Part shown: positions 1-8,897 of the stretch, one piece after another
Numbering within the stretch: position 1 is the first letter of the stretch
How the letters are laid out: each line of letters begins with the position of its first letter
Assembly: GCA_026129185.1 (NCBI GenBank)
Contig: JAHCIO010000019.1
Span: forward strand, 4,198-68,197
Origin: Anaerolineae bacterium
Lineage (GTDB): Bacteria > Chloroflexota > Anaerolineae > Promineifilales > Promineifilaceae
Reading direction: 5' to 3'
DNA length: 64,000 nt
The notes under the pieces: model-generated
Database searches by the model: none
What the model saw: only the letters and a program-made list of their open reading frames with translations
What the model was told of the DNA's origin: nothing
Position numbers and translations under genes: made by a program

Positions 1-148
1 CGGACAGAATCTCTTGCCGGATCGGGCCGATGATCTCCGTCCGCAATTCATCAATGAGCCGGCGCAACTCCATGACGTGGGGCTTCGTCTCAGTTGTGGG
101 CCGTCGCAGGGCTAGGGACCAGACCGAGGTATCAACGAGGACGTTCAT
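1..148 (-). CDS. PIN-domain (VapC-like) toxin, N-terminal part, truncated by window edge
   Basis: Manual translation from ATG at 148: MNVLVDTSVWSLALRRPTTETKPHVMELRRLIDELRTEIIGPIRQEILS. This has the PIN beta1 'VDTS' motif and overlaps the upstream antitoxin stop. Confidence 0.85.
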   Translation of the reverse strand, partial: MNVLVDTSVWSLALRRPTTETKPHVMELRRLIDELRTEIIGPIRQEILS

Positions 149-641
149 AACGTCGCTGAGCCTTGTAATCGTACTCCGGGTTATAATCAATCGTTCCGAA
201 CAAGTCGAGGATCGCCCGCCGGCGCTGGCGAGTGATGTACTCCTCCAGCGCGGCCTCGACAGCGGCGGCAGCGGTCATATGATGACCCAGTTGCCGGGCT
301 TCGGCTACAAGCCGGTCATTTAGCTCTCCGTCCGCAAGATTCACGCCCGTATAGGCTCCGCCCGCGTCATGAACGGGCCGGCCGCTGGGTGGGGCCGGCT
401 CACCCTCACGATCCGCGCGTAGCAGGATGGTACTGTCGGGCGCGCCGGCGGCCATTGGGCTATAGGCGCGGCGGCGGCCAATGCGGGCTGGGGTTTCTCT
501 CTGGCTGTTCGGGTCTTCGACCAGCGCCCGATCGAGTAAGACCAGGATCTCGGCGCTCAGCGAGCGGTTCTGCGCCTCTGCCTGCCGGCGCAGGCGCTCG
601 TAGAGGGCGTCGGGGACGTTGCGGACGTGAAGGGTGGCCAT
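132..641 (-). CDS. Antitoxin: FitA/Arc-like RHH N-terminus fused to a VapB-like C-terminal module
   Basis: N-terminus is MATLHVRNVPDALYERLRRQA..RSLSAEI (RHH). C-terminus is LNDRLVAEARQLG..AVEAALEEYI..ILDLFGTIDYNPEYDYKAQR (VapB-like). It lies directly upstream of the PIN gene. Confidence 0.75.
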   Translation of the reverse strand: MATLHVRNVPDALYERLRRQAEAQNRSLSAEILVLLDRALVEDPNSQRETPARIGRRRAYSPMAAGAPDSTILLRADREGEPAPPSGRPVHDAGGAYTGVNLADGELNDRLVAEARQLGHHMTAAAAVEAALEEYITRQRRRAILDLFGTIDYNPEYDYKAQRRYERPR

Positions 642-897
642 GGGAGTATTCTAGCCGAAGTGGTTGCAGAGTGCAACACAGCGCGCGGGGACGGGCGATT
701 TCTTAAGCACCCTGAAGATGGCGCGACTCGCTTTCTGGATGGTCAGGATGCAGTTGCCGTCGGCGTCGTAGGCGAAGCGCCAACTCGAATCTATCTGGCT
801 TTGAACCACAGGATTGCAATTGGAAGAATGATGACGGCTAGGATCCCGAACAGGGCTACAGAGAGCGCTCGGCTGTTCGCTGTCGTTCCTACTGTAC

Positions 898-1627
898 CAG
901 GGCAATCGCATACTAACGAGAAAGGACGCGGAGGAGGTAGGCAGGATTCATGGCGGCCTTCAGTTGCTTGCCCTGGACGCCGCGTTTGAGGGTCTTCTCC
1001 TGTCGGAGCAAGGACACGGCGATGCGCCTGAGCAGGGCCATGTTTTCCGGGGCGTGGTGCTTGCGAATGCGGCTGGTATCCTCGCTCATGGCCACATCCA
1101 GAACCTAGTGGAGCGAATTCTCGATGCCCCAATGGCTACGCGCGGCCTTCAGTATCGCGGCGGCGTCGTTAGGCAAGCTAGAAATGTGGAAGAACAGTTC
1201 CATGTCCTCCAGCAGGTGAGCCTGGTTATCCTTGACGGCCAGCACATAGTCGCCGCCCTGGTCGATAATCTGCCCAGCAATCTCCGTCTGACAGCCCATC
1301 GCGTCGATCATCACGATGCAGCCGCTAAGGTGTCGTGCGAGGGGATGCCATTCTCCAGTTCCAGAAACTGCCTCAGCCACTCCAGCCGTTCGTTGCCGAA
1401 CAACTCGATGTCTGTCCACGTCTCCGCCCCGCAGATGACCCCACAGATGGCAATGATGATGATCTCCACCAGCTTATGGTCGGTCAGATGTCTGGCCCGC
1501 GGGTCTTCCAGCGTCCCAAGATGCTCGGTCAGTGTCGCGCCAACTCCGTTCATGGCTATCCTCCTGCGCTTCTCCTAAGGATAGCCTGCCTCCTCCCTCA
1601 TGCCCTGTTCTATATGCGATTGCCCTG
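898..1627 (-). mobile_element. Internally deleted ISAs1-family element (730 bp)
   Basis: Perfect 15-bp TIRs CAGGGCAATCGCATA (898-912) and TATGCGATTGCCCTG (1613-1627) enclose ISAs1 transposase fragments. Confidence 0.85.
913..1553 (-). pseudogene. ISAs1-family transposase, fragmented
   Basis: Three ORF pieces carry ISAs1 motifs: LEDPR..HKLVEIIIIAIC..GIPSHDT; IDAMGCQTEIA..GGDYVLAVKDNQ..RSHWGIENSLH; EDTSRIRK..APENMALLRRIA. Confidence 0.9.
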
Positions 1628-1705
1628 AACCATCGATCTGCCATGCAGCGCCGACTGCCGGCCGCGATAGCCCGTCTTTTCTAGAACATTTGTGTCATTA
1701 TCCAG

Positions 1706-1728
1706 CCCTTAATGTGCTATAATAAGGG
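1706..1728 (+). promoter_or_regulatory. Extended -10 promoter (TGcTATAAT, 1715-1723) flanked by inverted repeat CCCTTA/TAAGGG
   Basis: Direct motif match. A Shine-Dalgarno GGGAGG precedes the ATG at 1762. Confidence 0.55.
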
Positions 1729-1761
1729 TAAGTCGTTCGCGTTCTAATAGGGAGGCCACGT

Positions 1762-2190
1762 ATGACGACATTGACAATCTCCACCCGCGTTGTCGGCCGC
1801 CGGTTGCCGGCGATGCCCGATTTCCCCGTGGTGCTGCCGGCCGGGCCGGCGCAGCCAACGCTGACCCTGCGCGACTTGCTGACGCTCCTCGTCGTTCGCG
1901 AGGTCGAGGCGTTTCATGAGCGGCAGGAAGAGCGGCGGCTGGCCCAGGTGCTCTCCCCGGCGGCCATCGCCCAGGGGGCGGCGCGGGGCAAGATCGACCC
2001 CGGCGAGCGCGACCCCGGGCCGTCGGTCGACGTCGTCGCCGCCGTGGCCACGGCTTTGCAAGCCTTCGAGGATGGCTTCTACTTCGTTTTCATCGACGAC
2101 GTGCAGCGCCAGTCGCTCGACGAAACCATGACGGTGGGCGACGACAGCCGCCTGCTCTTCGTCCGCCTGACGCCGCTGGCCGGAGGCTGA
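1762..2190 (+). CDS. Putative ubiquitin-like (beta-grasp) protein with C-terminal Gly-Gly
   Basis: Ends FVFIDDVQRQSLDETMTVGDDSRLLFVRLTPLAGG*, which resembles the MoaD/ThiS C-terminal half. Has a good SD; its stop is 1 nt before the next ATG. Confidence 0.7.
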   Translation: MTTLTISTRVVGRRLPAMPDFPVVLPAGPAQPTLTLRDLLTLLVVREVEAFHERQEERRLAQVLSPAAIAQGAARGKIDPGERDPGPSVDVVAAVATALQAFEDGFYFVFIDDVQRQSLDETMTVGDDSRLLFVRLTPLAGG

Positions 2191-2191
2191 G

Positions 2192-5100
2192 ATGCTGACG
2201 CCCGACGCCGCCAAAGCCGCCCTCGATGCCCGGCGCGTGCCCGACATGGTGAAGGCCGTCCGCGCCGCCGCCGGCCGCCTGCCCGGCGACTTGCGCCCCA
2301 TCGCCTACGCCCTCATCGGCTTCGATGCGTGGGGGGCGAAGATGGACTCCATGAGACCCATCACCGACCCCGACTCCAACATCCGCCAGGGCGGCCTGCG
2401 CTACGAGAAGCTGAGCGGCAACGACCGCCGCCGTATTCTGCGCGCCCTGGCCCCGCGCGTGGCCGACGACCTGGACGCGGCCTGGGAACTGATGAAGTCC
2501 ATGCCCTATGGCTTCGATGTCTTTCGCCGTCCCTTCCGCGCTAAGCACCCGGCCCTCAGCTTCTGGAAGCGCTGGTACTGGCTGCGGGGCGTACTGGCCC
2601 CGGTGGCCGAGTTCGACGCTGACACGGCCTGGTTCGCCGTCCACGCCGGCTATCTACCCGCAGATGCCGACCGGCTCGGCCGCCTCTTCGCCGGGGCCAT
2701 CGACCACGGCCACGGCGAAGTGTTCGACATCCTGACCGCCACCGCCCGCGGACGCCATCCCACGGCGCTGATGGGCCGCCACGTGACGCGCGGCCTGCTC
2801 TCGGCGGCGCGGCCGGAGGGCTGGGCGGCCGTGGTCGATCTGCTCCTGTCCGCCCAGCGCGAGGAGGGGCTGCGGCAGGTCATCCTGGAGACGGCTGACG
2901 AGAGCCACCCCGACGCCTTCCGGCTTATCCTGCGCGCCATTATCGACCACAACCTGAGCCGCTTCAGCGCCACCACGCGCGCCGCCAACACCTGGCTGGG
3001 CTTCGGGCTGGACGCGGAGATCGGCGGCGACCTGCCCGGCATCCTGCGCCAGGTCTTGCTCTACCTGGACAACCGCGCCGAGCGCGAATGGGTCGCCGCC
3101 CGCGGCACGGGGCAAGAGGCCTACCTGGCGTTGTGGGCTATGGCCTACGAGAACATCGACACCGCCGCCAACGCGGCCGAGCCGCTGCTGGGCGATGCCG
3201 ACGCGGCGCGCCGCTTCGCCGCGGCCTACGTGCTGGGCAGCATGCAGCTTCCCCCGGCGTCGTCGGCGCTCATCCCCTGCCTGGCCGACGAAGACCTGCG
3301 CCTCGTTGCCCTGACCTGTAGCTTCTGGGCGCAAACCCCGCCGCACGACGCCGCCGCCTTCGAGGCGCTGGAGGCGGCGCTGCCCCGCCTGCCCAAAACG
3401 CCCCGGCCGCTGCCGCCTCTCCTCTGGCCGTGGCTGCCGCTGACGGCCGGGCGCGCCCAGGCCGCCGACCTGCTGCTCAAGCTGCTGGGCGACCGGCCGC
3501 CGCAACGGCTCATCCCCCACCTGCCGGCCATGTCGCCCTGGCCGCGCGGCCAGGCCGCCGGCCGGCTCGGCGCGGTGGCCGGCGACCACGCCGCCCGTGA
3601 TGCGCTCTTTGACCTGCTGGCCGACCGGAGTGGCGCGGCCCGCGACGCGGCCCTGAAGGCGCTCGGCCAGACCGTCCTCCGCCCGCAGGAAGCGCCGCAG
3701 GTGGAGGCGCTGCTGGGCCGGCCGAGCGGCGACGTGCGCCGGGCGGCCCTGTCGCTGCTGGCCGAGCAGCTGCCCGACGCGGCCCTGGCCAGCGCTGACC
3801 GCCTGCTGGCCGCCAGGGACGAGACCAGCCGCCTCGGCGGGCTGGAGTTACTGGCCCAGTTGGCCCGCGCCGGCCGGGAGGTCGAAGCCGCCCGCGCCCG
3901 GGCCGCGGCCTATCGCGTCGGCCGGCCGGCCCTCTCCCCGGCCGAAGAAACCCAACTGGCCGCCCTGCAACCGGCCGCGCCCGCGCCAACGCCAACGCTC
4001 GCCAACGCGCTGGGGCTGGCCCCGTCGGCGGCGCGGACGGCGTGCGCGCCGCCGCGCCGGCTCAAGGTCTCTGACTGGACGCCGGCCACGGCCGCCTGCC
4101 TCAAGTCGCTCGATGCCCTCATCCACGCCCACCGCGACACGCCCATCCCCCACCGCGACGGGGGCGAGGCGGTCCTGCTGGGCGATAGCTGGGCCTGGAC
4201 ACACTTGCGCGAGCCGGACCCGAACCGGCCGCTGGAGGAAAACCTGCCCAACTTCTTCCTGCGCGACGTGTGGGAGAAGTGGTGGGCCGAGCGCGGGCCG
4301 GCGTGCCGCGACGCGGACGGATTGGAGCTGCTGCGCGCGTGGATCAACTCCCTGGCAAGCTACTATCTCGCTTTTCCCGACGAGAAGCCCCAACGCATCG
4401 GCTTCGACTACCCCGATGTCGCCCGGCGCGTGCTGACCTGGCTCATCCGTCTGCATCCGCCGGCGGCCGGGCCGGACGCCGCGCTCGATCTGCTGGAGTC
4501 GGCCTGCCAGTTGCGGCCCCATGACGCGGCCGCGCGCCCGGCCGGCGGCGGCGCGGATTCCGACAGCTTCGACAGCCACAAGGCGTTTCGACGACGCCTG
4601 AGCCACTACCCCCACGGCCTGCGCTTCTACCGCCGCATTGACCCGGGCTGGGGCGACGCCCACCACCGGCGCTTCTTCCACCTGTTGCGCTGGATCGACG
4701 AGCCGCCGGGCTACACCCTGCGCCAACGGCCCACCATCGAAGACGTACTGCTGGCCCACCGCGCCGGCGGGGCGACAACCGCCGACATCTACGACCAACT
4801 GCTGGGCGACCGCGGCCTGACGCTGGGCCAGCCGTTCGGCGAACTGCAAGCTCTCTCCGCCGCGCGGCCCCACCGGCTGATGACCGAGTTCCCCGTGCTG
4901 GGCGAAGTCATGGCCGCCAGCCGCGAGCGCATCCTGGCCGTGGAAGTAGCCCGTGGCGAGTTGACGACCGCGGCCACTCAACCGGCCCTGGCCTTGCAGG
5001 CCATTTACGGCGCGCCGTGGTTCCTGCGTCTCGTCGTTGCCCTGGATGGCCACTTTCAGCATTCGGTTCACTTCGTCTTTCCCGCCGACAGCCGGGCAGA

Positions 5101-7048
5101 GACGCTCAGCCACCTTCTGCGCGTGTGCCTGCCGGCGGCCGACGACACGCCGGAGGCCACGGCCGCGCTGCTGCGCCAGGCCGGCCTGCCGCAGCGAACG
5201 CTGATCGGCGCCGGCCTCTTCGCGCCGCAGTGGGCCGCGGCCGTCGAACAGGCCCTCGGCTGGGCGGGCTATGCCGACGCGGTCTGGTGGGTTCACGCCA
5301 ATATGGCCGGCCCAAATCACGGCCAGGCCCACGACATCGGCCGGCAGTGGTTGGCCGAGATCGCGGCGCGCACCACTCTGCGCCCGGAGGAGCTGCGGAA
5401 CGGCGGGGCCGACGTGGCCTGGTTCCAGCGCGTCTACGCCACGCTGGGCGAGGCGCGCTGGCTGAAGTTCGCCCCGCAGATGCGCCACGCCCAGCGCGGC
5501 GATTACAAGCGCGCCGCCCTCTTTGCCGACGCGCTTCTCGGCCGCGTCAGCCGCGAGGAGATCGAGCGGCGCATCCTGACCAAGCGCCATCAGGACAGCG
5601 TGCGCGCCCTGGGGCTGCTGCCGCTGCCGGAGGAAGGGCGCGAGGCGGAGTTGCTGAGCCGCTATCAGACTATTCAGGCATTCCGCCGCGGTTCGCGCCA
5701 GTTCGGGGCGCAACGCCGCGAGAACGAGGGGCTGGCGGCGCAAGCCGGGCTGGAGAACATGGCCCGCGCCGCCGGCTACCCCGACCCGCTGCGCCTGACC
5801 TGGGCGATGGAAGGGCGCGAGATGGCCGAGTGGCTCGCCGGCCCGCTCAGCGCCACCGCCGGCGACGTGACCGTGCGCCTGACGCTCGATGTAGTGGGCA
5901 CGCCCGACATCCTGGTGGATCGGGCCGGGCGCAAGCTGAAGTCCATCCCCGCCGCGGCGCGCAAGGCCCCGGCCGTCGTCGATCTGCTGGAGCGCCGCCG
6001 GGCCATTGAGGGGCAGCAGAAGCGCATGCGCCCGGCGCTGGAGGCGGCGATGTGCCGCGAGGAATGCTTCCTGGCCGGCGAGCTGCGCGACCTGTTGATC
6101 CATCCCACGCTGGCCCCGATGTTGGCCCAACTGGTCTGGATCGGCGCGAACGGCGACGGCTGCCTGGGCTACCCGGTGGACGGCGGCCGGGCGCTGCAAG
6201 GCCACGACGGCCGCCGCATCCCCCTGACCGACGACACGCCGCTGCGCGTGGCCCATCCCTATGACCTATGGCAGACGGGCGAGTGGCATCTCTGGCAACG
6301 GGAGTGCTTCCGCGCCGAGCGCATCCAGCCCTTTAAGCAGGTCTTCCGCGAGCTATACCTGCTGACCGCCGCTGAGACCGAAACCGGCCACCTCTCGCGG
6401 CGCTACGCCGGGCAGCAGATCAAGTCCCGCCAGGCCGCGGCGCTACTCAATGGTCGCGGCTGGGTGCTGACCCATGAGATGGGCGTCCGGCGCGCCTTCC
6501 GCGAGCGCGGCCTGACGGCTGTGATTGAGTCGATGATGGACTGGCTGACCCCGGCCGAGACGGAGGGCGTGACGCTGGAAGCGGTCTTCTTCGTCCGTCC
6601 CGACCAACCGTGGCAGCCGCAGCCGTTGGCCGACGTGCCGCCGCTGGTGTTCAGCGAGGTGATGCGCGATCTCGATCTGGTGGTCAGCGTGGCCCACAGC
6701 GCCGGCGTCGATCCGGAGGCCAGCTTCTCGACCGTCGAGGCGCGCGCGGCCCTGTTGCGCGAGACGCTAGACCTGTTGCGCCTGGGCAACGTGCGCCTGG
6801 AAAACCGTCACGCGCTCATCGACGGCCGGCTGAGCAGCTACGCGGTACACCTGGGTAGCGGGGTAGTACACCGGCGGCCGGGCGGCGCATTGTGCATCGT
6901 GCCCGTCCATAGCCAGCAGCGCGGTCGCCTCTTCCTGCCCTTTGCCGACGATGACCCCAAGACGGCCGAAGTGGTCGCCAAAGTCATCCTGCTGGCCCGC
7001 GATGAGTTGATTCGCGACCCGACGATATTGGAGCAGATTGTGAGGTAG
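2192..7048 (+). CDS. Large helical-repeat protein with DUF4132-like C-terminal region (1618 aa)
   Basis: Long ORF with HEAT-like repeats. C-terminal RERIQPFKQVFRELY and FSEVMRDLDLVVSVAH segments are typical of DUF4132-containing proteins. Confidence 0.8.
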   Translation: MLTPDAAKAALDARRVPDMVKAVRAAAGRLPGDLRPIAYALIGFDAWGAKMDSMRPITDPDSNIRQGGLRYEKLSGNDRRRILRALAPRVADDLDAAWELMKSMPYGFDVFRRPFRAKHPALSFWKRWYWLRGVLAPVAEFDADTAWFAVHAGYLPADADRLGRLFAGAIDHGHGEVFDILTATARGRHPTALMGRHVTRGLLSAARPEGWAAVVDLLLSAQREEGLRQVILETADESHPDAFRLILRAIIDHNLSRFSATTRAANTWLGFGLDAEIGGDLPGILRQVLLYLDNRAEREWVAARGTGQEAYLALWAMAYENIDTAANAAEPLLGDADAARRFAAAYVLGSMQLPPASSALIPCLADEDLRLVALTCSFWAQTPPHDAAAFEALEAALPRLPKTPRPLPPLLWPWLPLTAGRAQAADLLLKLLGDRPPQRLIPHLPAMSPWPRGQAAGRLGAVAGDHAARDALFDLLADRSGAARDAALKALGQTVLRPQEAPQVEALLGRPSGDVRRAALSLLAEQLPDAALASADRLLAARDETSRLGGLELLAQLARAGREVEAARARAAAYRVGRPALSPAEETQLAALQPAAPAPTPTLANALGLAPSAARTACAPPRRLKVSDWTPATAACLKSLDALIHAHRDTPIPHRDGGEAVLLGDSWAWTHLREPDPNRPLEENLPNFFLRDVWEKWWAERGPACRDADGLELLRAWINSLASYYLAFPDEKPQRIGFDYPDVARRVLTWLIRLHPPAAGPDAALDLLESACQLRPHDAAARPAGGGADSDSFDSHKAFRRRLSHYPHGLRFYRRIDPGWGDAHHRRFFHLLRWIDEPPGYTLRQRPTIEDVLLAHRAGGATTADIYDQLLGDRGLTLGQPFGELQALSAARPHRLMTEFPVLGEVMAASRERILAVEVARGELTTAATQPALALQAIYGAPWFLRLVVALDGHFQHSVHFVFPADSRAETLSHLLRVCLPAADDTPEATAALLRQAGLPQRTLIGAGLFAPQWAAAVEQALGWAGYADAVWWVHANMAGPNHGQAHDIGRQWLAEIAARTTLRPEELRNGGADVAWFQRVYATLGEARWLKFAPQMRHAQRGDYKRAALFADALLGRVSREEIERRILTKRHQDSVRALGLLPLPEEGREAELLSRYQTIQAFRRGSRQFGAQRRENEGLAAQAGLENMARAAGYPDPLRLTWAMEGREMAEWLAGPLSATAGDVTVRLTLDVVGTPDILVDRAGRKLKSIPAAARKAPAVVDLLERRRAIEGQQKRMRPALEAAMCREECFLAGELRDLLIHPTLAPMLAQLVWIGANGDGCLGYPVDGGRALQGHDGRRIPLTDDTPLRVAHPYDLWQTGEWHLWQRECFRAERIQPFKQVFRELYLLTAAETETGHLSRRYAGQQIKSRQAAALLNGRGWVLTHEMGVRRAFRERGLTAVIESMMDWLTPAETEGVTLEAVFFVRPDQPWQPQPLADVPPLVFSEVMRDLDLVVSVAHSAGVDPEASFSTVEARAALLRETLDLLRLGNVRLENRHALIDGRLSSYAVHLGSGVVHRRPGGALCIVPVHSQQRGRLFLPFADDDPKTAEVVAKVILLARDELIRDPTILEQIVR

Positions 7049-7112
7049 GGGGAGGTTCTAGAGGCTAGGGAAGAACGCTTTTACCTGGCCCCTGGCCCCT
7101 GGAACCTCCTCC
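7049..7112. repeat. Imperfect palindromic intergenic repeat (AGGTTC..GAACCT arms with CCCTGG heptamers)
   Basis: Shares the AGGTTC(C/T)AG..GGAAGA(G/A)CGCT core with copies near 9712, 12383 and 16833. Confidence 0.65.
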
Positions 7113-7155
7113 CTATCTTGCGCGCCGCCGGTCGGGGAGAGACAATTGCCCGATC

Positions 7156-8829
7156 ATGAAACGACCGCTGCTCTTGCTGATTCTCCTGCTGCTGCTGGCC
7201 GCTTGCCGCTTTGGGCCGACGGACGACGGGCCACAGACCACGGCTGTGCCAACGGCGGCGCCGACGACGGACGACGCTAACCCGACCGCCGCTAACCCGA
7301 CAGCCGACAGCCGACCGACGACCGCCGCCAACCCGACTGCCGTGCCGCCAACCACGGCCGCCAGACCACAGACCACGCCCGCCGACGCCCCCCTAATCCC
7401 TAATCCCTATCCCCTAGCCCCTATCTTCGACATCGCCTGGGACGACCGCGCCATCTACGCCCGCGGCCTCGTCGCCCCGGCGGCCGAGGACGTGCCCGGC
7501 GCGCCCGTCTACCACATCGACATCACCATCGCCGACGACCTGCGCACCGTCACGGGGCGGCAGACGGTCTTCTATACCAACATGGAAGACGCGCCCCTGA
7601 GCGAGATCGTCTTCCACCTCCACCCCAACCTGCTCGACAGCGCCATCGAGGTCAGCGACCTGACTGTGGACGGCGCGCCCGCGCCGACGACCATCAGCGG
7701 GGCCAAGCGCAGCATCCTGACCGTGGCCCTGCCCGCGCCGCTGCCGCCGGGGGCCACGACGACCCTCGACATGCACTTCGTGACCGAGGTGGCCACCGAC
7801 ATCGGCCGCAACTACGGCGTGCTGGCCATCTACGACGGCATCCTCGCCCTGGCCCACTTCTACCCCATGCTGTCGGTCTACGACGCCACGGGCTGGAACA
7901 CGGCCGAGGCCGACGTGCAGGGCGACCTGACCTATAGCGATGCCGGCTACTACCTCGTGCGCGTGGCCGCGCCGGCGGGAGTCACGGTCGTGGCCTCCGG
8001 GGTGGCGGTTGAAGAAGAAGCCCTCTCTCAAGAGGAGGGCGAACAGCGGACGACGGTCTATGCCGTTGGGCCGGCGCGCGATTTCTACCTGGCCGCGGGC
8101 GACTTCGCGGTCGTCAGCGGCACGGCCGGCGCGACGACGATCAACAGCTACGCCCCGGCCGAACTGCGCGACGGCGCGGCGCTGGCCCTCGACGTGGCCG
8201 CGGCGGCTATCGGCATCAACGAGGCCCGCCTGTCGCCCTTCCCCTACACCGAACTCGACATCGTCACCACGCCCACGGCCGCGCTGGGCATCGAATACCC
8301 CGGCCTCATCGTCGGCACGCTACGCATGTACGACATCACCGCCACGAACCAGGCCGGCGTGGGCTACGACGACATCCTCGAATCGACCACCGCCCACGAA
8401 GTCATGCATCAGTGGTTCTATAACCTCATCGGCAACGACCAGCTCGACGAGCCGTGGCTGGACGAGTCGATGGCCGGCTACCAGACCTATCGCTACTACG
8501 CTGACCGCTACGGCCAGGCCGCCGGCGACGCCTACTTCGGCAACTTCGCCGGCCGCTGGGAGAGCGTTGACCGGGCCGAGATTCCCATCGGCCTGCCCGT
8601 GCGCGCCTACCAGGGGCCGGAGTATGGAGCCATCGTCTACGGCCGCGGCCCCTTCTTCCTGCGCGCGCTGGAGGAGCAGATGGGGCGGGAGACGTTCGAC
8701 GCCTTTCTGCGCGACTACGCCGCGGCGTTCCGCTGGGGCATCAGCACGACGGCCGACTTCCAGACCCTGGCCGAGGCGCGCTGCGGCTGCGACCTGGAGC
8801 CGCTCTTCGCCGCGTGGGTCACTGAGTAA
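7156..8829 (+). CDS. M1-family zinc aminopeptidase, lipoprotein
   Basis: Lipobox LLAAC; HEVMH zinc motif followed by WLDES; GIEYPG exopeptidase-like motif. Confidence 0.9.
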   Translation: MKRPLLLLILLLLLAACRFGPTDDGPQTTAVPTAAPTTDDANPTAANPTADSRPTTAANPTAVPPTTAARPQTTPADAPLIPNPYPLAPIFDIAWDDRAIYARGLVAPAAEDVPGAPVYHIDITIADDLRTVTGRQTVFYTNMEDAPLSEIVFHLHPNLLDSAIEVSDLTVDGAPAPTTISGAKRSILTVALPAPLPPGATTTLDMHFVTEVATDIGRNYGVLAIYDGILALAHFYPMLSVYDATGWNTAEADVQGDLTYSDAGYYLVRVAAPAGVTVVASGVAVEEEALSQEEGEQRTTVYAVGPARDFYLAAGDFAVVSGTAGATTINSYAPAELRDGAALALDVAAAAIGINEARLSPFPYTELDIVTTPTAALGIEYPGLIVGTLRMYDITATNQAGVGYDDILESTTAHEVMHQWFYNLIGNDQLDEPWLDESMAGYQTYRYYADRYGQAAGDAYFGNFAGRWESVDRAEIPIGLPVRAYQGPEYGAIVYGRGPFFLRALEEQMGRETFDAFLRDYAAAFRWGISTTADFQTLAEARCGCDLEPLFAAWVTE

Positions 8830-8862
8830 AATGTCGGTGATCAATTGACCGGCAAATTGTAA

Positions 8863-8891
8863 GTGACATCGTAACAAATGTCGTGTATAGT
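8863..8891 (+). promoter_or_regulatory. Sigma70-type promoter (-35 GTGACA, 17-bp spacer, -10 TATAGT)
   Basis: Each hexamer matches consensus at 5/6 positions with ideal spacing. Confidence 0.65.
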
Positions 8892-8897
8892 ATCAAC

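Noticed and set aside
1684-1695. LexA-like box GAAC-ATTT-GTGT upstream of the Ubl operon
   Set aside because: Two mismatches in the right half-site versus GAAC-N4-GTTC; too weak alone.
3848-6256. 802-aa antisense ORF, and similar long shadow ORFs at 19097-20701, 23430-25124, 25378-26799 and 36040-37566
   Set aside because: They mirror well-supported genes on the opposite strand, are Arg/Gly/Ala-rich with no motifs, and are expected in high-GC DNA.
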